DNA from: Minisyncoccota bacterium
GTDB lineage: Bacteria; Patescibacteriota; Minisyncoccia; Phycocordibacterales; JBAYGS01
Direction: 5' to 3'
NCBI GenBank assembly: GCA_041666545.1
Contig: JBAYGS010000001.1
Span: forward strand, 217,942-281,941
DNA: 64,000 bases
The notes beneath the pieces were generated by a model. It saw only the letters and a program-made list of their open reading frames with translations. It had not been told where the DNA came from and ran no database searches. A program made the translations under genes and the position numbers. This document shows positions 1 through 8,881 of the stretch, in pieces (the stretch's first letter is position 1; every line of letters begins with the position of its first letter).

Positions 1-1
1 T

Positions 2-448
2 ATTCCGGATTTTCGAATTGATGAGCGCGTCTTCCAAATTCTTTTGCGCTTGAGGTCTCTAAGCACCGAGAACTTTCTAATTCAAACTCGCAACCCGGAA
101 AAGAAGCTTTTTGAATACGCGCTTTCCGGCAATACCATCGACTTTTACAAAGATGAAATCGAGGTGCGCCAAAGCTTTAATTATCCGCCTTTTACCGTAC
201 TGATTAAACTGTCGCTCCGCGGCACCAAGGAATACGCGCTTGGTGAAATGAAAAAGTTTGAGATTGATTTTACCAAATTTAAGCCGGCGGTTTTTCCAGC
301 CTTCGTCGCTGTTATTAAAGGCAAGCACATTATGAATGCCTTAATCAAAATTCCTAAAGCCCAGTGGCCAAATGAAGAGTTGCTCAATAAACTTCGGAGC
401 TTATCGCCGGCCTGGAGTATCGCGATTAATCCGGAAAACCTTATCTAG
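2..448 (+). CDS. priA: Primosomal protein N' C-terminal part (5'-truncated by the window edge)
   Basis: The frame is open from base 2. PDFRIDERVFQIL, QTRNP and R..FNYPPF motifs match the PriA C-terminus, and the gene lies just upstream of def-fmt. Confidence 0.85.
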   Translation: MPDFRIDERVFQILLRLRSLSTENFLIQTRNPEKKLFEYALSGNTIDFYKDEIEVRQSFNYPPFTVLIKLSLRGTKEYALGEMKKFEIDFTKFKPAVFPAFVAVIKGKHIMNALIKIPKAQWPNEELLNKLRSLSPAWSIAINPENLI

Positions 449-491
449 CCCCGACGCTTCGGTCGGGGTCCCGACTTCTGACGTCGGGATT
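449..491. repeat. Tandem palindromes (CCCGAC...GTCGGG), REP-like
   Basis: ccccgacgcttcggtcgggg followed by tcccgacttctgacgtcggga. Confidence 0.5.
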
Positions 492-716
492 GGTAGTGGG
501 TAGTGGGTAGTTAGCAGAAAGTAGCGAGAAGAAGAGATTTGATAGAAAACTCTGCCACAAAAAAGAATGGCCTCACCCTGCACTAATTGTAGCAATCGCC
601 ACAATTAGTGCAGGGTGGGAAATCAAGAAAAGTCAAAGAAAAGTTGACATTTTTGTGATATGTGATAGTCTACCGGCAGAGCAGTGAACCCAACAAAACC
701 CGAGAAAGGACCGTCT

Positions 717-893
717 ATGGAACTATTTCCTGACTCATTCGATCTCAAGCCGGAGCATAAAAAGTGCAGCACAAGTTTGACTCGCTTCGACAAATTCAAG
801 CCGGAAGTGCAGGTGGCGATTCGTGCCGTCGGCAGAGCGACATTTCAGAGCAATGGCAACTACAATGCAATCTACCCGCCGAAACAGAAATAG
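717..893 (+). CDS. Small hypothetical protein
   Basis: TTGACA at 644 with a TAGTCT -10, and SD GAAAGGA before the ATG at 717. Confidence 0.5.
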   Translation: MELFPDSFDLKPEHKKCSTSLTRFDKFKPEVQVAIRAVGRATFQSNGNYNAIYPPKQK

Positions 894-931
894 TGTAGCA
901 AGGAAACAAACCGCAAAGAACAGAACCGCAA

Positions 932-1447
932 ATGAAGATTATACTGAACACTAGCGACCTGCGGGGTGAACACTCCAACTGTCATGCCGATGAGGTCACT
1001 TTCTGGATGTTGAATAACCGAGCGCAAGCGGTGGTCAGGGCCGCCGGAGAAGCCACAATCTATACCGACAGTGGCACGCGGGAGGGCACAATTCGACCAC
1101 CTCAGCAAAAATCGTCCTTACCCATCGTTCTTTCCGTGAACAACTACCAACAAGAACTGGACGAGATGAGCAAGAAGGGAGAATTGCCGGCAGAGCTGGC
1201 ACGCCTCCTCAAGGCTTTGGTGAACTCACATTTAAGAAAAAGTATCTCCCCGACTGCCACTCCCACAGAAGTGAAACAGGCCTGGGAATATCTTTCCGGA
1301 GGGATTTTCCTGAGACAGGACGGCAGTGACGGATCATTTCACTCTGCGGCAGTCTTCGAACCTGACCCGGAGCTAGCGGGAACCGCCAGAATCTTCCTCC
1401 AATTGGTCCGCCGGTGCCCACTAGGAAAAATCGTAATCTTCGAATAA
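932..1447 (+). CDS. Hypothetical protein
   Basis: 171-aa ORF followed by a terminator hairpin and T-run at 1460-1493. Confidence 0.7.
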   Translation: MKIILNTSDLRGEHSNCHADEVTFWMLNNRAQAVVRAAGEATIYTDSGTREGTIRPPQQKSSLPIVLSVNNYQQELDEMSKKGELPAELARLLKALVNSHLRKSISPTATPTEVKQAWEYLSGGIFLRQDGSDGSFHSAAVFEPDPELAGTARIFLQLVRRCPLGKIVIFE

Positions 1448-1493
1448 CCTCCCCACTCTCACCCGCCTTAGCGCAAGCGACGGTGGGTTTTTT

Positions 1494-1526
1494 GTTAAGG
1501 ACCTTTACGAATAGGACACATGAATA
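1494..1526 (+). repeat. 33-bp dispersed repeat, empty form
   Basis: GTTAAGGACCTTTACGAATAGGACACATGAATA; related copies at 18736, 22295, 25887 and 42029. Confidence 0.7.
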
Positions 1527-1599
1527 TTCGTGTCATTCGTCCCCATTCGTGTATTTGTGTCGTGTACATATTCGTGGTTCTATTATATAATGCTAAATT

Positions 1600-2130
1600 A
1601 TGCTGGAAATCGTAAACCGTGACAACCCAGTCCTTAGAGAAAAGGCTAAGGAAGTTCCGGTCTCGCAAATCGGTAAACCGGAGATTCAGAAAATAATTTC
1701 TGAAATGAAGGAGGCTCTAGCCACTCAGGATGACGGCGTTGCTATCGCCGCCCCGCAAATCGGTGAACCGTTGCGGATTTTTGTTGTCTCTGGAAAAATT
1801 CTCGCCCAGCAGTCAAAGAAGGTCAGGTCGACTAAAAAAGACGGCTCTGATTTAGTTTTCATCAACCCCAAAATTATCAAGCTCTCTCGCAAGAAGGATT
1901 TTATGGAAGAGGGCTGCCTTTCAGTCCGCTGGCTATACGGTCGAGTCAAACGCTCCGAGAACGCCACCGTCGAGGCTTACAACGAAAAGGCGGAAAAAAT
2001 CACTCGCGGCGCCAGCGGTCTTTTAGCTCAAGTTTTCCAGCACGAGGTTGATCATCTTGAAGGTATTCTCTTTATTGATAAGGCCAAGGACATCGTTGAG
2101 ATCCCCCCGAAGAAACTGCATGATAAATAA
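1600..2130 (+). CDS. def: Peptide deformylase
   Basis: GVAIAAPQIG, EGCLS and QHEVDHLEG motifs. Confidence 0.97.
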   Translation: MLEIVNRDNPVLREKAKEVPVSQIGKPEIQKIISEMKEALATQDDGVAIAAPQIGEPLRIFVVSGKILAQQSKKVRSTKKDGSDLVFINPKIIKLSRKKDFMEEGCLSVRWLYGRVKRSENATVEAYNEKAEKITRGASGLLAQVFQHEVDHLEGILFIDKAKDIVEIPPKKLHDK

Positions 2131-2980
2131 TCAAAAAACAAAATTTGCTTTCTTCGGCACGCCAAGTCTGGCGGCAGATTTGCTTGAGGCCTTAAAAGGG
2201 GCCGGTTTTGTTCCTGCCGTTATAATTACCAACCCCGATCAACCAGTCGGCCGAAAAATGATTGTCACACCACCACCAGTTAAAACCTGGGCTATCGAAA
2301 ATAATATTGAATGCCTCCAACCCACTTCTTTAAAAGATTCTGAATTCATCAGTCAGTTGTCAAAGGTCAATTGTCAAATGTTCCTAGTTGCCGCCTACGG
2401 CAAAATCATCCCGGAATCAATTTTACAAATTCCTCAACTTGGCAGTTTTAATGTCCACTATTCCCTACTACCAAAATATCGTGGCGCCACACCGGTTGAG
2501 TCGGCAATTCTAAATGGAGACATTGAAACCGGAGTTTCAATCCAAAAAATGGTTTACGAGCTTGACGCCGGAGATGTAGTAGCAAGCGAGAAAACGGAAA
2601 TCCGACCGGATGAAACTGCCCCGGAATTGCGAATGAGACTAAATGAAATCGCCAAGAGCCTTTTAATTAAAACTACTGAAAAAATAATTTCCGAAAACAT
2701 CGCCCCAGAGACACAGGACCCGGCCAAAGCGACTTTTTGTCACAAAATTAAAAAAGAAGACGGACTCATCAATCTCACGGCCGACCCAAAAACTAACTAT
2801 TTAAAATATCGCGCTTACTTCGGCTGGCCGGGCACTTATTTCTTTGCAGAAAAGGGTGGCAAACAAATTCGAGTCATTATCAAAAAAGCCAGTTTCAGAG
2901 ATGGCCAATTTGTAATCGAAAGAGTGGTTCCCGAGGGCAAAAAGGAAATTAGCTACCAAGATTTTGCGACTAGACCCTAA
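2120..2980 (+). CDS. fmt: Methionyl-tRNA formyltransferase
   Basis: FFGTP, NVHYSLLPKYRGATP and LDAGD motifs; ATG at 2120 overlaps the end of def. Confidence 0.95.
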   Translation: MINNQKTKFAFFGTPSLAADLLEALKGAGFVPAVIITNPDQPVGRKMIVTPPPVKTWAIENNIECLQPTSLKDSEFISQLSKVNCQMFLVAAYGKIIPESILQIPQLGSFNVHYSLLPKYRGATPVESAILNGDIETGVSIQKMVYELDAGDVVASEKTEIRPDETAPELRMRLNEIAKSLLIKTTEKIISENIAPETQDPAKATFCHKIKKEDGLINLTADPKTNYLKYRAYFGWPGTYFFAEKGGKQIRVIIKKASFRDGQFVIERVVPEGKKEISYQDFATRP

Positions 2981-3083
2981 ACCAATCCGATTGGTTTAGG
3001 GTTGCCCGAACAAATTCTTAATTTGTTTTAGGGAAAAAATTAAAAACACCCCGCCGAAGCGAGGTGCTAGATCTGCCAAACCT

Positions 3084-3362
3084 TTACGAGCCGGAACGGC
3101 AAGAGTTGATATAGGTCGCTACCAAGAGGACAAAACAGTTAAGCTCGTTTTGAACTCTCTCACGGGAATTTTCACGCTCTGCAAAGCGAAGATGCCTAGC
3201 CTTGGTGGTGATATTCTCAACCAAATTTACCTGCTGATACTCTGACAGAACAACCCCCGGATTCACAGCAAGAAGGATCTTTGCTACTAACTCCTGGGCT
3301 TCAGAAAAGCGCATCTCAGCATCCTCGGCAATTCCCTGGAGAACATGTTCGGCTTTTTTCAT
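3084..3362 (-). CDS. Hypothetical protein
   Basis: ORF with TTGACA promoter, SD GAAAGGA and a downstream hairpin at ~3046-3067. Confidence 0.6.
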   Translation of the reverse strand: MKKAEHVLQGIAEDAEMRFSEAQELVAKILLAVNPGVVLSEYQQVNLVENITTKARHLRFAERENSRERVQNELNCFVLLVATYINSCRSGS

Positions 3363-3513
3363 AATTTTTCCTTTCTCTTTCAGCACAATAGCAAATCCTC
3401 GCCAATTTGTCAAGCACTAAAACGGCCCTGTCCTTGGGGCTGTTTTAGTGTCTTTTATCCCATATTTCTTTCCCTCTTCATACCATATACCATACACCTA
3501 ATACTATATACTT

Positions 3514-4182
3514 TTATTTCAGTTCTATTGAATTAATCACAATCGGCGTCTTAGGAATATCACTCTCCCCTGTAATTACATTGTTGATTTTATCCACGAC
3601 ATCCATCCCGGAAACAACCTTGCCGAAAACAGTGTGTTTACCATCGAGCCACGGAGTGGCGGCCGCCGTGACAATAAAAAACTGACTGCCGTTGGTGTTT
3701 GGTCCGGCGTTCGCCATGGCAATCACACCACGAACAATTTTTTGGTCATTGATCTCATCCGGAAAAGTGTAGCCGGGACCACCTCGGCCATAGAGAGCAG
3801 TGTTATCGCCTTTGCTTAGAGGATCGCCGGATTGAATCATAAAATCCTTAATAACTCGATGAAATTTAACTCCGTCATAAAAACCGGACTGCGTGAGTTT
3901 CACAAAGTTGGCCACGGTTGCCGGCGCTTTGTCACTGAAAAATTGGATTTCAATATTGCCGGAAGTGGTTTTCAAAATTGCTCTACTAATTTGCTGTTCG
4001 CTCGATTTAACTGCCATATTTTTTGTATTTAAACTATTAGTGGTTGATAAGTTGGTCGTGTCCGTCTCCTTTGGACTTGGCCGCCAAGGACCGAGAACAT
4101 AGGCTAGAATGCCCAAAATAATTACTATTGCAAGCGCAAGTTCGAGCGGCAACAGTTTTTGCTGTGTCTTTGATTTCACCAT
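3514..4182 (-). CDS. Cyclophilin-type peptidyl-prolyl isomerase with N-terminal membrane anchor
   Basis: [27 protein letters not shown] and [10 protein letters not shown] motifs. Confidence 0.95.
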   Translation of the reverse strand: MVKSKTQQKLLPLELALAIVIILGILAYVLGPWRPSPKETDTTNLSTTNSLNTKNMAVKSSEQQISRAILKTTSGNIEIQFFSDKAPATVANFVKLTQSGFYDGVKFHRVIKDFMIQSGDPLSKGDNTALYGRGGPGYTFPDEINDQKIVRGVIAMANAGPNTNGSQFFIVTAAATPWLDGKHTVFGKVVSGMDVVDKINNVITGESDIPKTPIVINSIELK

Positions 4183-4191
4183 AAATTGAAT

Positions 4192-4584
4192 TTATTTTTT
4201 GTTAGGACGCCAATTGCTGATACCTTTAATCAAATTCTTGATCTGTCGGCCACTTCGTCTAATCAGACTGATTTGCTTGGTTTTATTGCCTCGCAACTCT
4301 TGCAACAACTCATCCTTAACTTTATCAATCGCTGAGTGCAGATCGGCCATTTCCGAGACGGCTCGAAAACTTTGCCCGCCCAAATGGAGAGTGAGTTCGG
4401 CTTTAAAAATATCTCCGGCTTTATGATGAGAAGTGGTACGAGCCAATTCAACAAAGCAAATGTTGGCATCGTCCTCGGCATCGACGAATTTTTCCAAAGC
4501 TGAAAGTCTCTTGTCGAGGTAATCGGAAATTTCCGGAGTTAAAGTTATGTCGGTGGCTTTAATTTTAGTATTGATTTTTGTCAT
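4192..4584 (-). CDS. hpf: Ribosome hibernation promoting factor (RaiA/HPF)
   Basis: LTPEISDYLDKRL...DLHSAID pattern of the S30AE family. Confidence 0.88.
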   Translation of the reverse strand: MTKINTKIKATDITLTPEISDYLDKRLSALEKFVDAEDDANICFVELARTTSHHKAGDIFKAELTLHLGGQSFRAVSEMADLHSAIDKVKDELLQELRGNKTKQISLIRRSGRQIKNLIKGISNWRPNKK

Positions 4585-4619
4585 AGTTTAATTTTAGCAA
4601 AAATTATTAAGACTGCCTA

Positions 4620-4841
4620 TCAATCCCCGACCGCGACAAGCTTGCTCGGGCTATGGTGCCCATTCACAATCCGGATTTGACCGGCTTTCGGCCCGAAATG
4701 TCGTCGCAAGAGCTCAATCACGCGAGTATTGGCCAGATTGCGCTCGGCCTTTTCCTTGACCTGTATCTTAAAACTCGTGTCCGAGACTTTTTCAAACAAC
4801 TCCTCGTCCGAATTGGTTTTGACTTTTACCTTGATGTACAT
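4620..4841 (-). CDS. DUF167 (YggU-like) protein
   Basis: MYIKVKV...KAERNLAN...GHHSPSK; the likely start is the ATG at 4841. Confidence 0.8.
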   Translation of the reverse strand: MYIKVKVKTNSDEELFEKVSDTSFKIQVKEKAERNLANTRVIELLRRHFGPKAGQIRIVNGHHSPSKLVAVGD

Positions 4842-5031
4842 CCCGTTAGAGATAGGAAGCGTGAAGTTGTGTACTTTTGACACCCCTATGTGAAATTAAC
4901 ATTAGATGAATAATACCCCACACCGACAAATTAACGAAACGCTTCCGAAGTCTGCGGAGCAAAACGAAAGACAATTTTTCACAGCAACTTGAGAAAATCT
5001 TTAAATTCGAAACAAAATATCTCTAACGGGA
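4841..5031. mobile_element. MITE-like element, long variant
   Basis: 14-bp perfect terminal inverted repeat TCCCGTTAGAGATA/TATCTCTAACGGGA; same family as the copies at 18517 and 29221. Confidence 0.7.
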
Positions 5032-5120
5032 CACATCTCCCACTATCGAGGATTCGATATGTATTATATAGTATATGACAAAAGGTTGGCCTTTTCACTT
5101 AATTAGAAATTAAAAAAAAT

Positions 5121-5681
5121 ATGGAGACTAAATCAAAATTTGTCGCGACCATTCCGGAGCCAAAGTTGGCCAGACTTTTATTTGCCGACACCCGACTGGC
5201 CATGCTTTGGCTCGTTATCCGACTCTATGTTGGTTATGAATGGCTAATGGCCGGAATTTCAAAACTTAATTCTCCGGCTTGGTTAGGCGAACAGGCTGGC
5301 ACCGCCCTCAAAGGATTTCTGGCAGGAGCCCTACAAAAAACCGTAGGCGAGCACCCTGATGTTGCCGGCTGGTATGCGAGCTTCATTCAAAATTTCGTAC
5401 TGAATCACCCAATCGTTTTTTCCAATCTGGTAGTTTATGGCGAAATCGCGGTTGGTCTGGGATTGATTTTGGGTTTGTTTACCGGCATTGCCGCCTTCTT
5501 CGGCAGTTTTATGAACCTCAACTATCTTTTGGCTGGCACCGTGAGCACCAACCCTGTTCTGGGCATTTTGCAGTTATTTTTGATTCTAGCTTGGCGTATT
5601 GCCGGCTGGTACGGACTAGACCGTTTCGCTTTGCCAAAGCTTGGGACACCCTGGAAGCACGGCGAGATGTTTGAGAAGTAA
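5121..5681 (+). CDS. DoxX/DoxD (TQO small subunit-like) membrane protein
   Basis: RLYVGYEWLMAG, GEIAVGLGLILG, MNLNYLLAG and GLD motifs. Confidence 0.88.
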   Translation: METKSKFVATIPEPKLARLLFADTRLAMLWLVIRLYVGYEWLMAGISKLNSPAWLGEQAGTALKGFLAGALQKTVGEHPDVAGWYASFIQNFVLNHPIVFSNLVVYGEIAVGLGLILGLFTGIAAFFGSFMNLNYLLAGTVSTNPVLGILQLFLILAWRIAGWYGLDRFALPKLGTPWKHGEMFEK

Positions 5682-5797
5682 ATTTTCGAAAAACTAGGGA
5701 TTAATGAAAACCACTAGCACCCGCTAGTGGTTTTCATTCTGACTTTTGCAACTCTCAAAAATTTTGCTATTATAAGCCAGCTCTTTGATTTATCACT

Positions 5798-6111
5798 ATG
5801 CCAGATAATAGAAAATACGCAGATCGTCGAGAAGCCTTGATTAAGGCCGTAGCAAAGCGTAGAAAAAAATTAAGCTGCTGGCTATTGAATACAAGGGCGG
5901 AAAATGCCAAGTTTGCGGTTATGAAAGGTATCCGGGAGCATTAGAACTTCATCATCTAGACAAGCGAGACAAAAGTTTCGCAATTGGTGATAAAGGGTAC
6001 ACAAGATCCTGGGAAAAAGTAAAAGCGGAACTAGATAAGTGTGCCTTGCTGTGTGCCAACTGTCACCGAGAAGTCGGAGCGGGCATAACGAAATTAGACA
6101 GCGCAGAGTAA
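5798..6111 (+). pseudogene. HNH endonuclease interrupted by a -1 frameshift in an A7 run (5863-5869)
   Basis: The joined frame reads MPDNRKYADRREALIKAVAKRRKK/IKLLAIEYKGGKCQVCGY...LELHHLD...KCALLCANCHREV, i.e. CxxC-HH-CxNCH. Confidence 0.8.
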
Positions 6112-6143
6112 ATTGAAAACCGAATAATAAATGACAATTAAGC

Positions 6144-6425
6144 TCCGGGATAGCTCAGCGGTAGAGCAGTCGCCTGTAGAGTAATGCAGCTTTTTATCGA
6201 AAGGTAAATCGAAAACTTCGGGATAACGGTGGAACCCTACTATTTAAAAATTGAGGGCAATACCGTGGGAACCGAGCACATAAAGTTTATATGCTCGGGC
6301 GCCGTAGAGACTAGATACCGAGGCACCTAAATCCGCAAGGATATGGTGGTGATATAGTCCACGCCATCAGTAATGATGAATTAAGTGTAAGCGATTGGTC
6401 ACTGGTTCGAATCCAGTTCCCGGAG
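6144..6425 (+). tRNA. tRNA-Asn(GUU) interrupted by an intron (exons 6144-6177 and 6388-6425)
   Basis: The spliced 72-nt sequence folds as a cloverleaf: acceptor TCCGGGA/TCCCGGA, anticodon arm GTCGC-CTGTTAA-GCGAT, T-loop GTTCGAATC. CCA is not encoded. Confidence 0.92.
6178..6387 (+). ncRNA. Group I intron (210 nt, no ORF) within the anticodon
   Basis: The 5' exon ends in U and the intron ends in G. P7 pair GACTA/TAGTC lies in AGAGACTAG and GATATAGTCC. P8 carries a CCTAAA/TATGG tetraloop-receptor-like loop. Confidence 0.88.
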
Positions 6426-6876
6426 CTTAGAGGTCATTTAGCAAACCGCCCGTCTTGGGCGGTTTTGCTTCATCTAAGGTCCGGGAAAGGACGCAAACTG
6501 CTTTGCGTCCGTCTGGATTCGAACGCCGGAGTTGTGTTTTTGTCAGCAGACAAAACCAACGAGGCGGTGCCCAGACAAGGCCGAGCGGCGGCGAGGTTTT
6601 AGTCGCGGGCGAATCCAGTTCCCGGAGCTTAGAGGTCATTTGCAAAAACAGCGTTTCGGCGCTGTTTTTGTTTGACCTCGCTCCGAGGAAGCAAGTGAAC
6701 GATTTCACTTGCGGACTGGATTCGAAGCCCGATTGAGCATTTTTTCAAGCCACAGTGGCGCGGGAAAAATCCAATCGGGGTACTGAAACTGTAAGTTTCG
6801 AAAAACGTACCCGCGGTCCAGTTCCCGGAGCTTAGAGGTCATTTGCAAAAACAGCGTTTCGGCGCTGTTTTTGTTT
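6408..6876 (+). repeat. Tandem ~202-bp modules that re-duplicate the tRNA 3' end
   Basis: Direct copies at 6408-6439, 6610-6641 and 6817-6844; 60-bp identity between 6614-6673 and 6817-6876; inverted T-arm copies at 6513 and 6715. Confidence 0.9.
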
Positions 6877-6929
6877 AACCCATTGTGATAGGCTGACCCT
6901 AGATAGAAGCCCGTCAACCCAGCAAAATT

Positions 6930-7199
6930 ATGAACCTTCACACCGCCGAAGTTTTTGTTAAAGATGTCCTTTTTGAAATGACGGGCTTCAGCGTCGCCCC
7001 TCATTTATGGGGATCAATTCCCCTTTCAGATATTGGCCTGACTCCCGAATCATGCCGAAACTTATCAGTCACGCTGGGTCTTAAACCTGAAGACCTGACT
7101 CCGGCCATGACCCTCGAGGAAACCGCGAAGAAGGTCGAGAAAGACAGTCCACTCGACATGAGGGTTGAAACGGAGCCGATGTGGGCACTTAATTTTTAG
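6930..7199 (+). CDS. Hypothetical protein
   Basis: 89-aa ORF with a downstream hairpin at ~7215-7247. Confidence 0.5.
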   Translation: MNLHTAEVFVKDVLFEMTGFSVAPHLWGSIPLSDIGLTPESCRNLSVTLGLKPEDLTPAMTLEETAKKVEKDSPLDMRVETEPMWALNF

Positions 7200-7345
7200 A
7201 GTTTGCCTCACCTACCGACCACTTCATTTTGAAGCGTGGTCGGTTTTAATTTACCAAAACCATTACGGTGCTTTGACACATTGCTATATTTATGCTAGAA
7301 ACAGACAAGAACAGCAGAAAAAAGTTTAAAGAGAAAGGCAGAACC

Positions 7346-8167
7346 TTGATAATCGACATCCACGCACACACATCAAATCACCAGATGAAGGGTCTCCACG
7401 TTACTTCGGCGACCATTGCCACACTAGAGGAGTTGGCCAAGCAGTATGGCATCTCAGCCATTATTCTGTTGGCAACCTACTTCCCCCACCGGGGAACCGG
7501 TGTCCACAATCACGATCTGCTAAAACGGATCGAGGGACGACCACTGTTTCGAATGTTCGGCAGTCTAAATGTCATAAATGGACTGCGTACCGGAATCGAC
7601 GAGCTTGAGAAGTTGGCCCAACTTGGTTTAATCGCCGGCATCAAACTGTATCCCGGCTATCAGAGTTTTGAACCAAGCGAAACCCAACTTGTCGGGATCT
7701 ATCAGCTGGCGGAAACTTATCGCCTGCCGGTGATGCTTCATGGTGGCGAACTGCATCGATGCCCAAAAGAATGGAACGAGCTTTCCCGACCAAAGTATGT
7801 TGAAAAACCGGCCCGGGATTTTCCGAAAGTTAAATTCGTCGTCAGTCACCTCTCGAACCCTCACTTTGAGGAACTTCGCGAAGTGATGACTCGTTGCCCG
7901 AATGTCTTTACCGACATCTCCGGACAATTTGTCTCCGGCGCCGAAGAGGACATGCCCGAGTATCGCAAACTTATCGTCGAGGAAATCCAAAAGTTTCTTT
8001 TACTTCCGAACGGAGAAGATCGGGTCATGTTTGCGACCGACTTCCCTATCCAGAGCTATGAAGATTCTTTGGATCTGGTCTGGCGCTTGAAATTGAGTGA
8101 GGTTGGGTTAAAGAAAATTCTGGCAGGAAATGCTATCAGGTTTCTGGACAGAACACACGCAACATAA
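7346..8167 (+). CDS. Amidohydrolase-2 family metal-dependent hydrolase
   Basis: IIDIHAH, GIKLYP, VMLHGG, SHL and FATDFP motifs; TTG start after SD GAAAGG. Confidence 0.9.
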   Translation: MIIDIHAHTSNHQMKGLHVTSATIATLEELAKQYGISAIILLATYFPHRGTGVHNHDLLKRIEGRPLFRMFGSLNVINGLRTGIDELEKLAQLGLIAGIKLYPGYQSFEPSETQLVGIYQLAETYRLPVMLHGGELHRCPKEWNELSRPKYVEKPARDFPKVKFVVSHLSNPHFEELREVMTRCPNVFTDISGQFVSGAEEDMPEYRKLIVEEIQKFLLLPNGEDRVMFATDFPIQSYEDSLDLVWRLKLSEVGLKKILAGNAIRFLDRTHAT

Positions 8168-8182
8168 AGAAAGGCAGATCAA

Positions 8183-8881
8183 ATGAGCATAAAGAGAATA
8201 CTCGTGACAGCCGGCAACACCCGGGTCCCGATTGACAGAGTTCGCGGTATCGACAACATTTTCAAAGGTCGAACCGGAGTCGCAATCGCAAAATATTTCG
8301 CCACGCAGGGTTGTAAGGTGACTCTACTCACATCGCATCCTGACCTCGCAAAGCAGTGTCATCCGAATTTGGAAGTCCTGTCATTCAGTTCGTTTGAACA
8401 ACTGCGTTTTAAAATGAGGGCATTGGTCCAAGACCTAGCCTTCGACGCGATTATTCATTCGGCCGCGGTCTCTGACTATAAGGTTGCCGGCATGTACAAA
8501 CAGACCGGCGAGGCTGTCGAAATTGGTGGGCACCTCCTGCGCGAGCTCAGCCAACTGGACAGCTCTGGCAAAATCGGTTCCGATCACCCCGAGTTGTGGA
8601 TGAAAATGGTTCCAACAGTGAAGATCGTCGACCTGATTCGTGAACCGTGGGGCTTCAAAGGAATACTCGTTAAATTCAAGCTCCAGGTAGACATGACCGA
8701 CGCCGAGCTCATTGAAATCGCCACGAAAAGTATGAAGCACTCCTCGGCCGACTTCATTGTTGCCAACACCCTGGAAGGTCTGACGGCTAAGGCCTTCATC
8801 ATCTCGGTGAAGGGCGGAAATCCGATTCGCACCAGTCGAGACAAACTGCCCGAGAACCTCTACCAAGAACTCGGCCTATGA
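8183..8881 (+). CDS. coaB: Phosphopantothenate--cysteine ligase-like protein (CoaB/DFP domain)
   Basis: LVTAGNTRVPIDRVR, HSAAVSDY, VKFKL and VAN motifs. Confidence 0.85.
   Translation: MSIKRILVTAGNTRVPIDRVRGIDNIFKGRTGVAIAKYFATQGCKVTLLTSHPDLAKQCHPNLEVLSFSSFEQLRFKMRALVQDLAFDAIIHSAAVSDYKVAGMYKQTGEAVEIGGHLLRELSQLDSSGKIGSDHPELWMKMVPTVKIVDLIREPWGFKGILVKFKLQVDMTDAELIEIATKSMKHSSADFIVANTLEGLTAKAFIISVKGGNPIRTSRDKLPENLYQELGL

Noticed and set aside
3480-3512. Degenerate 7-9-mer runs (also ~495, ~1527, ~18650, ~35810, ~48005, ~50380)
   Set aside because: They are short, low-complexity intergenic tracts with no spacer structure, and no function can be supported.
6408-6876. The tandem repeats as a CRISPR array
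   Set aside because: The intervening segments are ~140-170 bp, the repeat is the tRNA 3' end, and no cas genes are present.
6427-7004. ORFs 6427-6708, 6455-6736 and 6705-7004
   Set aside because: They are translations of the repeat modules; their shared peptide simply reflects the DNA repeat.
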